From contig DATKPA010000019.1 in assembly GCA_035524355.1 (NCBI GenBank), positions 34,117 through 98,116 on the forward strand: a DNA stretch of 64,000 nt, in the 5' to 3' direction. This document shows, piece by piece, positions 20,569-29,264 of this stretch (within the stretch, counting starts at the first letter, position 1; every line of letters begins with the position of its first letter). Source of the DNA: Phycisphaerae bacterium (GTDB lineage: Bacteria > Planctomycetota > Phycisphaerae > WQYP01). Under the pieces are notes generated by a model that did not search any database, had not been told where the DNA came from, and saw only the letters and a list, made by a program, of their open reading frames with translations. Position numbers and translations under genes: made by a program.

Positions 20569-21783
20569 ATGCAAAGTCGTCTTCCGGTCACGGTGCTCAG
20601 CGGATTTCTCGGGGCTGGAAAGACGACGCTGCTGAATCACGTGCTGTCCAGCCGCGGAAAGCTGCGCGCGGCGGTGATTGTCAACGACATGAGCGAAATC
20701 AACATTGACGCCCGTCTCGTGGAAGGGGGCGGAGCGGCGCTGCGGCGGGCCGACGAGAAGCTCGTCGAGATGACCAACGGATGCATTTGCTGCACCCTGC
20801 GCGACGATTTGTTGAAGGAGGTCGCAGCATTGGCGCGTGAGGGGCGGTTTGATTATCTCCTGATCGAAGGCACAGGCATCGCCGAGCCGCTGCCGGTTGC
20901 CATGACCTTTTCGTTTAAGGATGAACAGGGGATTGGCCTGTCGGATCTGACTCGTCTTGACACGATGGTGACGGTGGTTGACGCCCAGAATTTCCCCCGT
21001 GACCTGGGATCGCCCGATAATCTTTCCGACCGGCGGCTCGGCACAGATGTCAACGATACGCGGACTATCGCAGATCTATTGATCGATCAGGTGGAGTTTG
21101 CCGACGTGATCGTCGTGAACAAGGCGGATCTTGTTTCGCCTGAGGAACTGGACCAGATTTCCGCGGTGATGCGGAAGCTGAACCCGGGGGCGAAGGTGAT
21201 TCCGTCGGTGCGGGGGAATATTGACCTGTCTGAGATACTCAATACCAGCCGGTTCGACATGGAGAAGGCCAGTCAGTCTGCCGGATGGATTCGGGAACTG
21301 AACAACAAGCACACGCCTGAGACAGAAGAGTATGGCATTGGCAGTTTTGTGTTCCGGGCGTTGCGGCCGTTTCATCCACTGCGGCTGCACGCCTTCATTG
21401 AGCAGGGGCTGCCGGGTGTTGTGCGGTCAAAGGGATTCATCTGGATCGCATCGCGGAATGATTTTGTGGGGGTCTGGGGCCACGCAGGTGCATCGCTGAC
21501 GATCGATCCCGGCGGTAAGTGGTGGGCAAGCTCGCACCGCAGCGAATGGCCGGAGGACCCCGCAACGCGATCCTATGTTGAGTCGATCTGGCGCGAGCCG
21601 TGGGGGGACCGTCGGCAGGAGCTGGTGGTCATCGGTGCAAACATGAACAAAGAGTCGCTGCAGTCGCGGCTGGAAGCCTGTCTGTTGAATGACAAGGAAA
21701 TGGCTGAAGGCCCGCAGGCATGGGCTCGCTACGAGGATCCGTTTCCAGCCTGGCAGATATTCGAGTCGATCAGTGCGGCCTGA
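20569..21783 (+). CDS. COG0523 (CobW/ZigA-like) zinc metallochaperone GTPase
   Basis: LSGFLGAGKTT, GCICC, IEGTG, NKAD, CobW_C (VVRSKGFIW, GDRRQELVVIG). Confidence 0.93.
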   Translation: MQSRLPVTVLSGFLGAGKTTLLNHVLSSRGKLRAAVIVNDMSEINIDARLVEGGGAALRRADEKLVEMTNGCICCTLRDDLLKEVAALAREGRFDYLLIEGTGIAEPLPVAMTFSFKDEQGIGLSDLTRLDTMVTVVDAQNFPRDLGSPDNLSDRRLGTDVNDTRTIADLLIDQVEFADVIVVNKADLVSPEELDQISAVMRKLNPGAKVIPSVRGNIDLSEILNTSRFDMEKASQSAGWIRELNNKHTPETEEYGIGSFVFRALRPFHPLRLHAFIEQGLPGVVRSKGFIWIASRNDFVGVWGHAGASLTIDPGGKWWASSHRSEWPEDPATRSYVESIWREPWGDRRQELVVIGANMNKESLQSRLEACLLNDKEMAEGPQAWARYEDPFPAWQIFESISAA

Positions 21784-21836
21784 ATTCGCCAGGCGTCATT
21801 GAATCTCTTTTCCGCTTTTCTTTCCGGAGCTTTCCC

Positions 21837-22472
21837 ATGGGTACAGATGTGTTTGTCGGCAACATTGACCGTAACGTGAGCGCAGCAGATCTCGAAGGGC
21901 TCTTTGCTCAGTATCAGACGGTGCAGCGCGTAAACGTTGTGACCGACAGGATGACGGGCCAGTCAAAGGGGTTCGGGTTTGTGACGTTTGGAGATGCCGG
22001 CGAAGCGGCGAGCGCCATTGCGCAACTCAACGGTTTTCAGCTGGGCGGGCAGCCGCTGAGCGTGTCGCCGGCGCGACCGAAGGATGCCTCGCCTCGTGGC
22101 CGCGACAGCCGCCCGCAGACTTATGGCGGCTCGGCGGATACGAAGGAGATTTACGTGAAGGGCCTCGGCGACTGCACCAGCGAAGAGCTGCACAACCTCT
22201 TTGCCGAGCACGGTACGGTGGTGAAGGCGAAAGTGATCATTGACCGCGACACCAATCGCTCGAAGGGCTTCGGCTACGTGCAGATGGGTTCGGATGAGGA
22301 ACTTCGGCAGGCCATCGCGGCACTCGACGGGGCCGACTTTAACGGGTCACGCCTTTCGGTATCCGAAGCGCGTCCGAGGGGTAGCGAAGGGCCCCGCCGT
22401 GGCGCTGGAGGTGGCGGAGGCTACGGGAGTTTTGGAAGGCGGCAGCAGGGTGGCGGCGGACAGCGCTATTGA
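21837..22472 (+). CDS. Tandem two-RRM RNA-binding protein with Gly-rich tail
   Basis: VFVGNI/KGFGFVTF and IYVKGL/KGFGYVQM RNP2/RNP1 pairs; GGGGGYG tail. Confidence 0.9.
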   Translation: MGTDVFVGNIDRNVSAADLEGLFAQYQTVQRVNVVTDRMTGQSKGFGFVTFGDAGEAASAIAQLNGFQLGGQPLSVSPARPKDASPRGRDSRPQTYGGSADTKEIYVKGLGDCTSEELHNLFAEHGTVVKAKVIIDRDTNRSKGFGYVQMGSDEELRQAIAALDGADFNGSRLSVSEARPRGSEGPRRGAGGGGGYGSFGRRQQGGGGQRY

Positions 22473-22481
22473 TTCCGCTGA

Positions 22482-23390
22482 TTCAAGCCACGTGGCAGCG
22501 ATGTCGCAACACTCCGCACGGAGCATCCCAGCGGCCCGCAATATGCCGACTATTTGGCGGCCGGTGCGAAGAATGCAAAACTTCCTGTTCGGACCGGCAT
22601 CGACGTGCACAGCGTAACGCCCGATGAGGAAGGCTTTCGCCTGGAAACCTCGGAGGGGCCGATCTTGTCAAAAATGGTCGTCTGGGCGGCGGGAGAATTT
22701 CAATATCCGCGGCTGAACCCGTTTCCGGGGGCCGAACATTGCCTGCACAACAGCCGCGTGGCTGCATGGTCGCAGTGTGCCGGCGATGAGGCATGCGTGA
22801 TTGGTGGCTACGAAAGCGGACTCGATGCCGCCATCTCGCTGGTCCTCACCGGCAAGAAGGTGACCGTCCTGGATCAGCACGCGCCATGGCAGCCGGAGCA
22901 GGAATACGATCCCAGCCGCATTCCTTCCCCCTACACCCTGCAGCGACTTCGCGGCGCAATGGCCACCGGCAGGTTGCAACTCACCCACAATTCGCGAGTC
23001 GTCGCGGTTCGCAGGGATGGCGACGCCTACGTATGCGACCTCGCCGAGGGGCCTCCCATCAGGACCCGGCAGCAACCGATCCTGGCGACGGGATTTGTCG
23101 GCAGCCTGAGCCTGATCCGACCGCTCTTTGAATTTGATGATGATCACGCCGTGCGTCTCACGCCGAACGACGAGTCAACACGCGTGCCCGGCGTCTTTCT
23201 GGTAGGCCCTGCGGTCCGACAGAAAAAGGTCATTTTCTGCTTCATCTATAAATTCCGCCAGCGTTTCGCCATCGTTGCCCAGGAAATCGCCAGACGGCTC
23301 GGTGTTGCAACGCCTCCCATGGATGAATACCGCAAACATAACTTTTATCTCGATGATCTGACGTGCTGTGAACAGGCGTGCACCTGCTGA
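22482..23390 (+). pseudogene. 5'-truncated NAD(P)/FAD-dependent oxidoreductase (family linked to COG0523)
   Basis: Frame opens after a TGA at 22479 with TLRTEHPSGPQYADYL, then WAAGEFQYP, IGGYESG, ATGF, FCFIYKFRQRF, DDLTCCEQACTC; N-terminal GxGxxG FAD motif absent. Confidence 0.75.
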
Positions 23391-24026
23391 CATATTTGTT
23401 TGCCGTATCGGAAGTGTGCATGGCGAAGCTATTTCAGACAGTGTCGCCAAATACGACAAGCGACCACGAGCGACGATGTTCCTGATACGCGTGCTCTTAA
23501 GGTTTCGGTCACCGTAGCGCCGATTTTGAACGTTTCCCCGGCGGATGCCACCGCTGTCCGGAACCTGCCGTGAATCGCCTTCAGCCGTCGGAAGGGGCAC
23601 CCGCAAACTGGCTCAGAATCCGGGAAAATCTGTGTAATCTGGGGACAAAAAATTTGGGGCGGAAACAGTTACGAAGGTACTTGCGTTACCCCAAAAGTTA
23701 GGTTAAAATTCGGTACCAAAAAATCGGGAGGAGGGAACCCCATGCCATCACACCTCACTACGCGCCCACCCGCCTCGTTTCGCGTCTCATCTTCCGCGTT
23801 TCGGGTTTCCCCACCCACCCTGCACCCCATTGCACCCTCCCCCACTCCAAACACGCAACCCGTTGCCCGTTACACCCTCCCACACGCGCAACCCGCTGCC
23901 GCCCACTACCCTCCCACCCTCATTTCCCGCGCAAAATCCCACAACCTGCAACCCATTGCACCCCTCAAACCCAACCACCCCCAAAGGGGCCACACCCGGC
24001 CCCTCACACCACCGCCCTCTCAATTC

Positions 24027-24108
24027 CATGAGTACCTTGGGACAATCATGAGTATCTTGGGCACAAAACCCCAATTCCTTTCCCACACCATGAGTACCTT
24101 GGGCACAA
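24027..24108. repeat. Three copies of CATGAGTAYCTTGG(G)CACAA
   Basis: Copies at 24027, 24047 and 24089 in a non-coding C-rich stretch. Confidence 0.75.
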
Positions 24109-24213
24109 ACCCGCGAAACTTTTCCCAACTCCTCCACCAGCCCCCGAGACAGACCCACCCGAAACCCGATACCCTACCCCCGAAACCCGAGCCCTCCGCC
24201 CGCGCAGGGATCC

Positions 24214-24651
24214 TCACCACCCCCCCACCCCAATCACCCCCCGATGCCACCGAATCTCCGCGGGCCGCCTCTCCCCCGCCGGCCACACCACCGCCACCAC
24301 ATCAATCCGCGGCCGCAGCCCCTTCTTCCAATGCCGCCGCATCAACCCCCGCACCGTCCCCACCAGCTTCTTTCGTTTCCGATACCGAATCGAATCCTCC
24401 GGCCGCATATACCCCTCCGACCGCCGCGTCCGCACCTCCACAAACACCAGGAACTCCCCCTCGATCCCGATCAGGTCGATTTCCCCTTTCCCATGCACCC
24501 GATTCCGCGCCACAATCTTCACTCCCTGCTTCCGCAAGAACTTCGCCGCCGCAATTTCCCCCCGATCCCCCAACGGCATCCGCCGGAGGCCGACGCGCTG
24601 CGCAAGCCATCCCACCCACGACACCTTCTTCCGTCCCGGAGCCGTTCGCAT
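24214..24651 (-). CDS. YraN family endonuclease-like protein
   Basis: LGDRGEIAA, GEIDLI, LVFVEVRTR, RIDVVAV; start may be 24579. Confidence 0.88.
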   Translation of the reverse strand: MRTAPGRKKVSWVGWLAQRVGLRRMPLGDRGEIAAAKFLRKQGVKIVARNRVHGKGEIDLIGIEGEFLVFVEVRTRRSEGYMRPEDSIRYRKRKKLVGTVRGLMRRHWKKGLRPRIDVVAVVWPAGERRPAEIRWHRGVIGVGGW

Positions 24652-24702
24652 GCGAAAAAGCTTACCGCGACTGCCATCGACTCAAAAGGAAAAAACCGTT
24701 GG

Positions 24703-24773
24703 AACCACGGAGATCACGGAGATGAATACAAAAACTCAATCCCCTCTCCGTGTCCTCCGTGCTCTCCGTGGTT
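24703..24773. repeat. Inverted nonamer repeat element (CACGGAG type)
   Basis: AACCACGGAGATCACGGAG ... CTCCGTGTCCTCCGTGCTCTCCGTGGTT. Confidence 0.85.
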
Positions 24774-24777
24774 TCAT

Positions 24778-25788
24778 TCACGTTCCCAGCACGATCGTCG
24801 CCCCCAGCAGATACAAGAACACCGTGCAGATATCCACCACCGCCAGCGTAATCGGGCCGGACGCAATCCGCGGATTCAGCCGCAACCGATACACCACCTT
24901 CGGCAACACCCGCCCCAGCACCGCCGCCAGCACCATCGTCACCACCACCGCCCCCGCGATCGTCAGCGACGCTGCGCGCGGACCATTCCACAACAGCGAC
25001 ACACATCCCACCACCACCCCGCTGCAAACCCCCAGCATCACCGCCGTCAAAAACTCCCGCAGCAGCGCCCCGGGATTTCCTTTCCGACTGGCCGCCTGCT
25101 CGATCGCCAGCGTCATCGACTGCACCGACACCGACTCCGCCAGCGTCAGCACCAGCGGAATAAACAGCGCCAGCACCACCACCTTCTGCACCGTCGCCTC
25201 AAAAAACGACCCCAGCGCCGCACACGCCAGCCCGCCCCCGATATTGCTCAGCAACCACGGCATGCGCAACCGAAACCCCCGCCACGCCCCCCCCGCGCCC
25301 TGTTTATGCTCCTCCAGATGCAGCCCCATCAACTGGAACACCTCATTGAGCTGCTGGTTGTGCGCCAGATCGAACACTTCATCCGTATACAGCGAAATCT
25401 CCACCACGCCGAGCAATTTCTTCTCCGCATCCACCACCGGAATCGCCAGCAGCCGATGCATCGCGAAAAGTTCCAGCGCATCAAAGAGCGTATCGCTCGG
25501 CCGGAGCGAAATAACATCGCGGAGCATCAAATCCCCCACCCGCGCCCCGCCCGGCGAGAGAATCAATTTGCGAGACGGAAGGACGCCGACGAGCTGCTCC
25601 TGCTCATTGACAACATAAAAATAAATCACCTGCCCCGCCGCCGACTGCACCTGCATCGCCCCCCCCCCAACTGCATTGGCGCGAAGCTCCGCCAGCGTCT
25701 CATCCACGCTCTGCGATTCGCGCAGCGTCACCGCGGAGTTGGTCAAAAACTCCGTCACCGGCCGATCGAGAGGAAGCGCGGTCTTCAT
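24778..25788 (-). CDS. MgtE-family magnesium transporter (CBS pair plus TM domain)
   Basis: YFYVVN and LLAIPVVD CBS motifs, RMPWL, NPRIASGPITLAVVD. Confidence 0.85.
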   Translation of the reverse strand: MKTALPLDRPVTEFLTNSAVTLRESQSVDETLAELRANAVGGGAMQVQSAAGQVIYFYVVNEQEQLVGVLPSRKLILSPGGARVGDLMLRDVISLRPSDTLFDALELFAMHRLLAIPVVDAEKKLLGVVEISLYTDEVFDLAHNQQLNEVFQLMGLHLEEHKQGAGGAWRGFRLRMPWLLSNIGGGLACAALGSFFEATVQKVVVLALFIPLVLTLAESVSVQSMTLAIEQAASRKGNPGALLREFLTAVMLGVCSGVVVGCVSLLWNGPRAASLTIAGAVVVTMVLAAVLGRVLPKVVYRLRLNPRIASGPITLAVVDICTVFLYLLGATIVLGT

Positions 25789-25923
25789 CGCCCCATTCTA
25801 CGCCGAATCCCATCGCCCATGGTCCCAGGGCTGCGTCCGAAAACGCTTCCGCAATTCCCCATTCAATCGCCGCTCGCAATCTGGCTATAATGATCTGGAA
25901 AGTCCCCTTGCCAAGGATCGCTC

Positions 25924-26319
25924 ATGCCCACCCCCGCCCTCAGCGACACAATCACCGATGGCATCCGCGTCGGCGCCACCGCGTTCTTCCTCCCGCACGA
26001 GTCCGACCCGGATCGCAAACGCTTCGTCTTCGGTTACCGCATTGTCATCATGAACGAGGGGACCCGCACCGCGACCCTTCGCGCCCGCCACTGGACCATC
26101 ATCGATGCCGACGGCAATGTGGAGGAAGTGCAGGGGGAAGGGGTCGTCGGCGAGCAGCCGCGACTGCCCCCGACGCAGGCGTTCAAATACACGAGCTACT
26201 GCCCGCTCAAAACGCCGTGGGGAACCATGGAAGGGATCTACCATTTCGAACGCGAGGATGGCACGCTGTTCGACGTGAAGATCGGGCGGTTCTATCTGGC
26301 GATGGACAAGGCGGAATAA
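25924..26319 (+). CDS. apaG: ApaG protein
   Basis: RHWTIID, GEGVVGEQP, YTSYCPLKTPWGTMEG. Confidence 0.95.
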   Translation: MPTPALSDTITDGIRVGATAFFLPHESDPDRKRFVFGYRIVIMNEGTRTATLRARHWTIIDADGNVEEVQGEGVVGEQPRLPPTQAFKYTSYCPLKTPWGTMEGIYHFEREDGTLFDVKIGRFYLAMDKAE

Positions 26320-26357
26320 TCTTGCGTTCAGCCGTCGATGACCAGTAAGGTACGACC

Positions 26358-26615
26358 ATGCGAACTGAATCGTTATCAGCGTTGGAAAGCGAAGCGCGGC
26401 GGCTAGTCGCCCAGCTTGGCACGGAAAAAACGGCATTGATCGTTGGGGAAGACGGTTCCCCCGCGGCCTACCTTGTGGACCCGAAAACTTACGAGACCGC
26501 CTTGAATCGTCTCCAGCTTCTTGAATCCATTGCAGAAGGAGAGCGAGCGCTCACGGAAGGACGCGTTCTTTCGCACGACCAGGTGAAGGCGAAGCTGGCA
26601 AAATGGCTCAAATAG
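26358..26615 (+). CDS. Phd/YefM-family antitoxin
   Basis: PAAYLVDPKTYE...LLESIAEGERALTEGRVLSH; overlaps the toxin start. Confidence 0.82.
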   Translation: MRTESLSALESEARRLVAQLGTEKTALIVGEDGSPAAYLVDPKTYETALNRLQLLESIAEGERALTEGRVLSHDQVKAKLAKWLK

Positions 26616-26905
26616 TGTGGACTGAGCCCGCCGCCGGTGACATCGCTGAAGTTGCCGAGCACATCGCGCTCGACAAACCGGATGCCGCCGCCAATTTCGT
26701 TTCCGAAGTTCTCGCCGCCATCGAGAGACTTGCCGACTTTCCGCTCTCGGGTCGTATGGTTCCCGAATTTCCCACGGATCGATATCGCGAGATCGTCGTA
26801 TTTCCATGCCGCGTGATTTACACCGCCTCTCCCGAGGCAGTCGTCATACTCCGAATCATAAGAGGCGAACGTCTGCTACGCAGGTCGATGCTCTCGAGCC
26901 ATTGA
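26603..26905 (+). CDS. RelE/ParE-family toxin
   Basis: MAQIVWTEPA, IALDKPDAA, FPLSGRMVPE, YREIVVFPCRVIY. Confidence 0.88.
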   Translation: MAQIVWTEPAAGDIAEVAEHIALDKPDAAANFVSEVLAAIERLADFPLSGRMVPEFPTDRYREIVVFPCRVIYTASPEAVVILRIIRGERLLRRSMLSSH

Positions 26906-26917
26906 TTCAGTTGGTTC

Positions 26918-27652
26918 TCACCACTCCGCCTCGCCGAAGGGCGTCAGCGGCGTCTTGGCCTTGGGCTTGGGCATGTGATTGATCAGGTCCTTCCCGAGCC
27001 GCACCATTTCGTCGTTGTCGATGCGCATGTTGAATCGCGAGCCGCCGATGGTGGCGACCTTGTAACCGGCATTCAACACGAGTTCCGCATCGTCGACGAA
27101 GCTGTTGCCGCCGCGCTTTGCGTACGCATCCACGAGCGCCTTGCGGCGATAGATCTGCGGCGACTGCACTTCGCTGACCTTCGCCATGTCCACGTATTCC
27201 GCCACCGTGCGATCGCCATTCAGGTCCGCGAACGCGTTCCGCGTGGGCACTACCGGCACCACGCCTGCCGCCTCTTTGTTCCTGGCGAGCGCCTCCTCCA
27301 GCGCATCGAGCAGCGTGAACGACGCCGCCGGACAGCACGGATCATGGACGATCACCGTCTCCACCTTTTCATCGAGCTTTTCCAGTCCGCGGGCGACGCA
27401 TGCGAACCAATCGGACCCGCCGGCCGTGACGGTCACTCCCTGAAATCCGAGATGCGCGGAATAGCGTTCCTGCATCGTCAGCAGGTCGTCCGGCGTGACG
27501 ACCACGATCCGCTGGGTCACCTGATCGCGCGGCGAATACAACTCCACGCAACGCAAAAAGACTTCGCGGCTGTCGATCTTCGAAAATGGCCGCGCCGCGC
27601 CCTTGGCTGCGAAGGGCGGCGTAACGACCGGAAAAATCACTGCAAGCGACAT
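26918..27652 (-). CDS. IspD-like cytidylyltransferase-fold protein (divergent motifs)
   Basis: VIVHDPCCP, VQSPQIY, DDAELV and GSRFNMRID correspond to IspD HDAARP/QTPQ/TDDA/NIKIT. Confidence 0.75.
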   Translation of the reverse strand: MSLAVIFPVVTPPFAAKGAARPFSKIDSREVFLRCVELYSPRDQVTQRIVVVTPDDLLTMQERYSAHLGFQGVTVTAGGSDWFACVARGLEKLDEKVETVIVHDPCCPAASFTLLDALEEALARNKEAAGVVPVVPTRNAFADLNGDRTVAEYVDMAKVSEVQSPQIYRRKALVDAYAKRGGNSFVDDAELVLNAGYKVATIGGSRFNMRIDNDEMVRLGKDLINHMPKPKAKTPLTPFGEAEW

Positions 27653-27839
27653 AAGACCTCTCCATGCCCCCCCCCACCGCCCCAAAACGGGGACGAATCT
27701 CAGCACCGCATTTTATCTCCCGGCCCAAACGCCGCCACCTCCGCTCCCGTTTCGCGTTTCATCTTTCGCGTTTCGCAAGTGGATACTCCCCTCCCACCCG
27801 AGTATGATTCTCGCGCATTCACTCACAGAGGAAACAAGA

Positions 27840-28607
27840 ATGGCTCTCTACGATTCCAAAGGCAAACTCATCCTTCCCACGCAGTCCCACGTCGCCGACA
27901 CCCCCGGCGCCGCCTACCAGGTCGAAGCGATGGGCAACATGCTCCCCCACCTGGCCCCCGGCATGCCCGGATATCAAGCAGTCGCCCCGCGTATTGCCGG
28001 CGAATACCAGCGCTACCGCGAAATGACCGTCGACCAGATGCTGCTCGAAAACCGCGTCGTCTTCCTCGTCGGCGAGATCAACCACGTCTCCTCCTACAAC
28101 GTGATCATGCGTCTGCTGTACCTGCAGTCGATCCGCAAGGACCAGGACATCATGCTGTACGTCAACTCGCCAGGCGGGTCTGTTGACGACACCCTCGCGA
28201 TGTACGACACGATGAAGTTCCTGACCTGCGACGTGCAGACCTTCTGCATCGGGCACGCCATGTCGGGCGGCGCCGTGGTCCTCGCGGCGGGCACGAAGGG
28301 CAAGCGCTATGCCCTTCCTCACGCCAAGGTGATGATCCACCAGCCATTCGGCGGGATCTGGGGCCAGGCGGAAGACATCGCCATCCAGGCGGAGGAAATT
28401 CTTAAGACCAAAAAGACGCTTACCGAACTCCTCGCGAAACTCACGGGCCAGCCCATCGAACGCGTCTCCGAAGACCAGGAGCGCGACAAGTACTTCGATG
28501 CCTACGAAGCGAAAGCGTACGGGCTGGTCGACGATGTGCTCGGCGAAGAGGACAAACAGAAAAAGGAAGCCATCGCCGAGCAGCAGGAAACCAAGCCCGG
28601 TCGGTGA
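27840..28607 (+). CDS. clpP: ATP-dependent Clp protease proteolytic subunit
   Basis: YVNSPGGSV, GHAMSGGA (Ser), MIHQP (His), ERDKYF (Asp); GAGGA RBS. Confidence 0.95.
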   Translation: MALYDSKGKLILPTQSHVADTPGAAYQVEAMGNMLPHLAPGMPGYQAVAPRIAGEYQRYREMTVDQMLLENRVVFLVGEINHVSSYNVIMRLLYLQSIRKDQDIMLYVNSPGGSVDDTLAMYDTMKFLTCDVQTFCIGHAMSGGAVVLAAGTKGKRYALPHAKVMIHQPFGGIWGQAEDIAIQAEEILKTKKTLTELLAKLTGQPIERVSEDQERDKYFDAYEAKAYGLVDDVLGEEDKQKKEAIAEQQETKPGR

Positions 28608-28630
28608 TTTCAATGCGTCACAAAAACCCA

Positions 28631-28660
28631 AAGAGCCCGAGGCAACTCGGGCTCCTTTTG
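28631..28660 (+). terminator. Intrinsic terminator after clpP
   Basis: GAGCCCGAG-GCAA-CTCGGGCTC followed by CTTTT. Confidence 0.8.
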
Positions 28661-28677
28661 TTTGCCACCCCGGCATG

Positions 28678-28971
28678 CTATCTTTGCTGCCAGTAGCCGG
28701 GTTTCCGACTCATGTGCATAACCGCCTGAATCTCGATCAGGCCGCGATCAACGGAAATCTTATATATGAGACCGTACGGAAATCGATGTAAACGGTATCT
28801 GCGGAATACGTAATCGAGTTGTTGCCACCGGTCTGGATTCTCCAGAATTCGATCAACACCGCGCCGAAATTCTTCAAGAAGATCCATTCCCAGCCCCTCG
28901 CCCTGGAGTTGATAGTAATCGAACGCCTCTTCGATTTCCCGTTCCGCCTCCGCGAGCATCACGGCCTTCAT
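28678..28971 (-). CDS. RelE/ParE-family toxin
   Basis: EAEREIEEAFDYY, RRYRLHRFPYGLIY, AVMHMSRKPGYW. Confidence 0.88.
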   Translation of the reverse strand: MKAVMLAEAEREIEEAFDYYQLQGEGLGMDLLEEFRRGVDRILENPDRWQQLDYVFRRYRLHRFPYGLIYKISVDRGLIEIQAVMHMSRKPGYWQQR

Positions 28972-29201
28972 GCACGGCCCTTATTCTTCAGACGTGCGAT
29001 AACCTCGTCCACGGACTTGACCGTTGTCGCGCCCGCCTGAAGCGCTTCCTCGCGCCGATGAGCTTCGGCGAGCCATGCCGCATCGATTTCTTCGCGGCTC
29101 TCGCCGTCAATGCTCAAAAGCAACTCTTCTGCCAGCGCCTCGCGCTCCGCGGGATGCAGCTTCATCGCCTCACTCTTCAATTCCTGCCGGGTTAATGACA
29201 T
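28968..29201 (-). CDS. Putative addiction module antitoxin
   Basis: LHPAEREALAEELLLSI, IDAAWLAEAHRR; ATGA overlap with the toxin. Confidence 0.85.
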   Translation of the reverse strand: MSLTRQELKSEAMKLHPAEREALAEELLLSIDGESREEIDAAWLAEAHRREEALQAGATTVKSVDEVIARLKNKGRA

Positions 29202-29264
29202 CCCAAATCCCTTCAAAAGTGACACCCGCCATTATAACATGGCGGAATTCAGGTGGTTCGCCGT

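Noticed and set aside
14600-23700. Classical integron, prophage or DGR explanation for the cassette stack
   Set aside because: No tyrosine or serine recombinase, attC-like sites, phage genes or reverse transcriptase in the window, and differences between copies are not adenine-specific.
24027-24108. Possible mini CRISPR array
   Set aside because: Repeats are only about 20 bp, spacing is 20 and 42 bp, there are no spacer-sized unique segments, and no cas genes are present.
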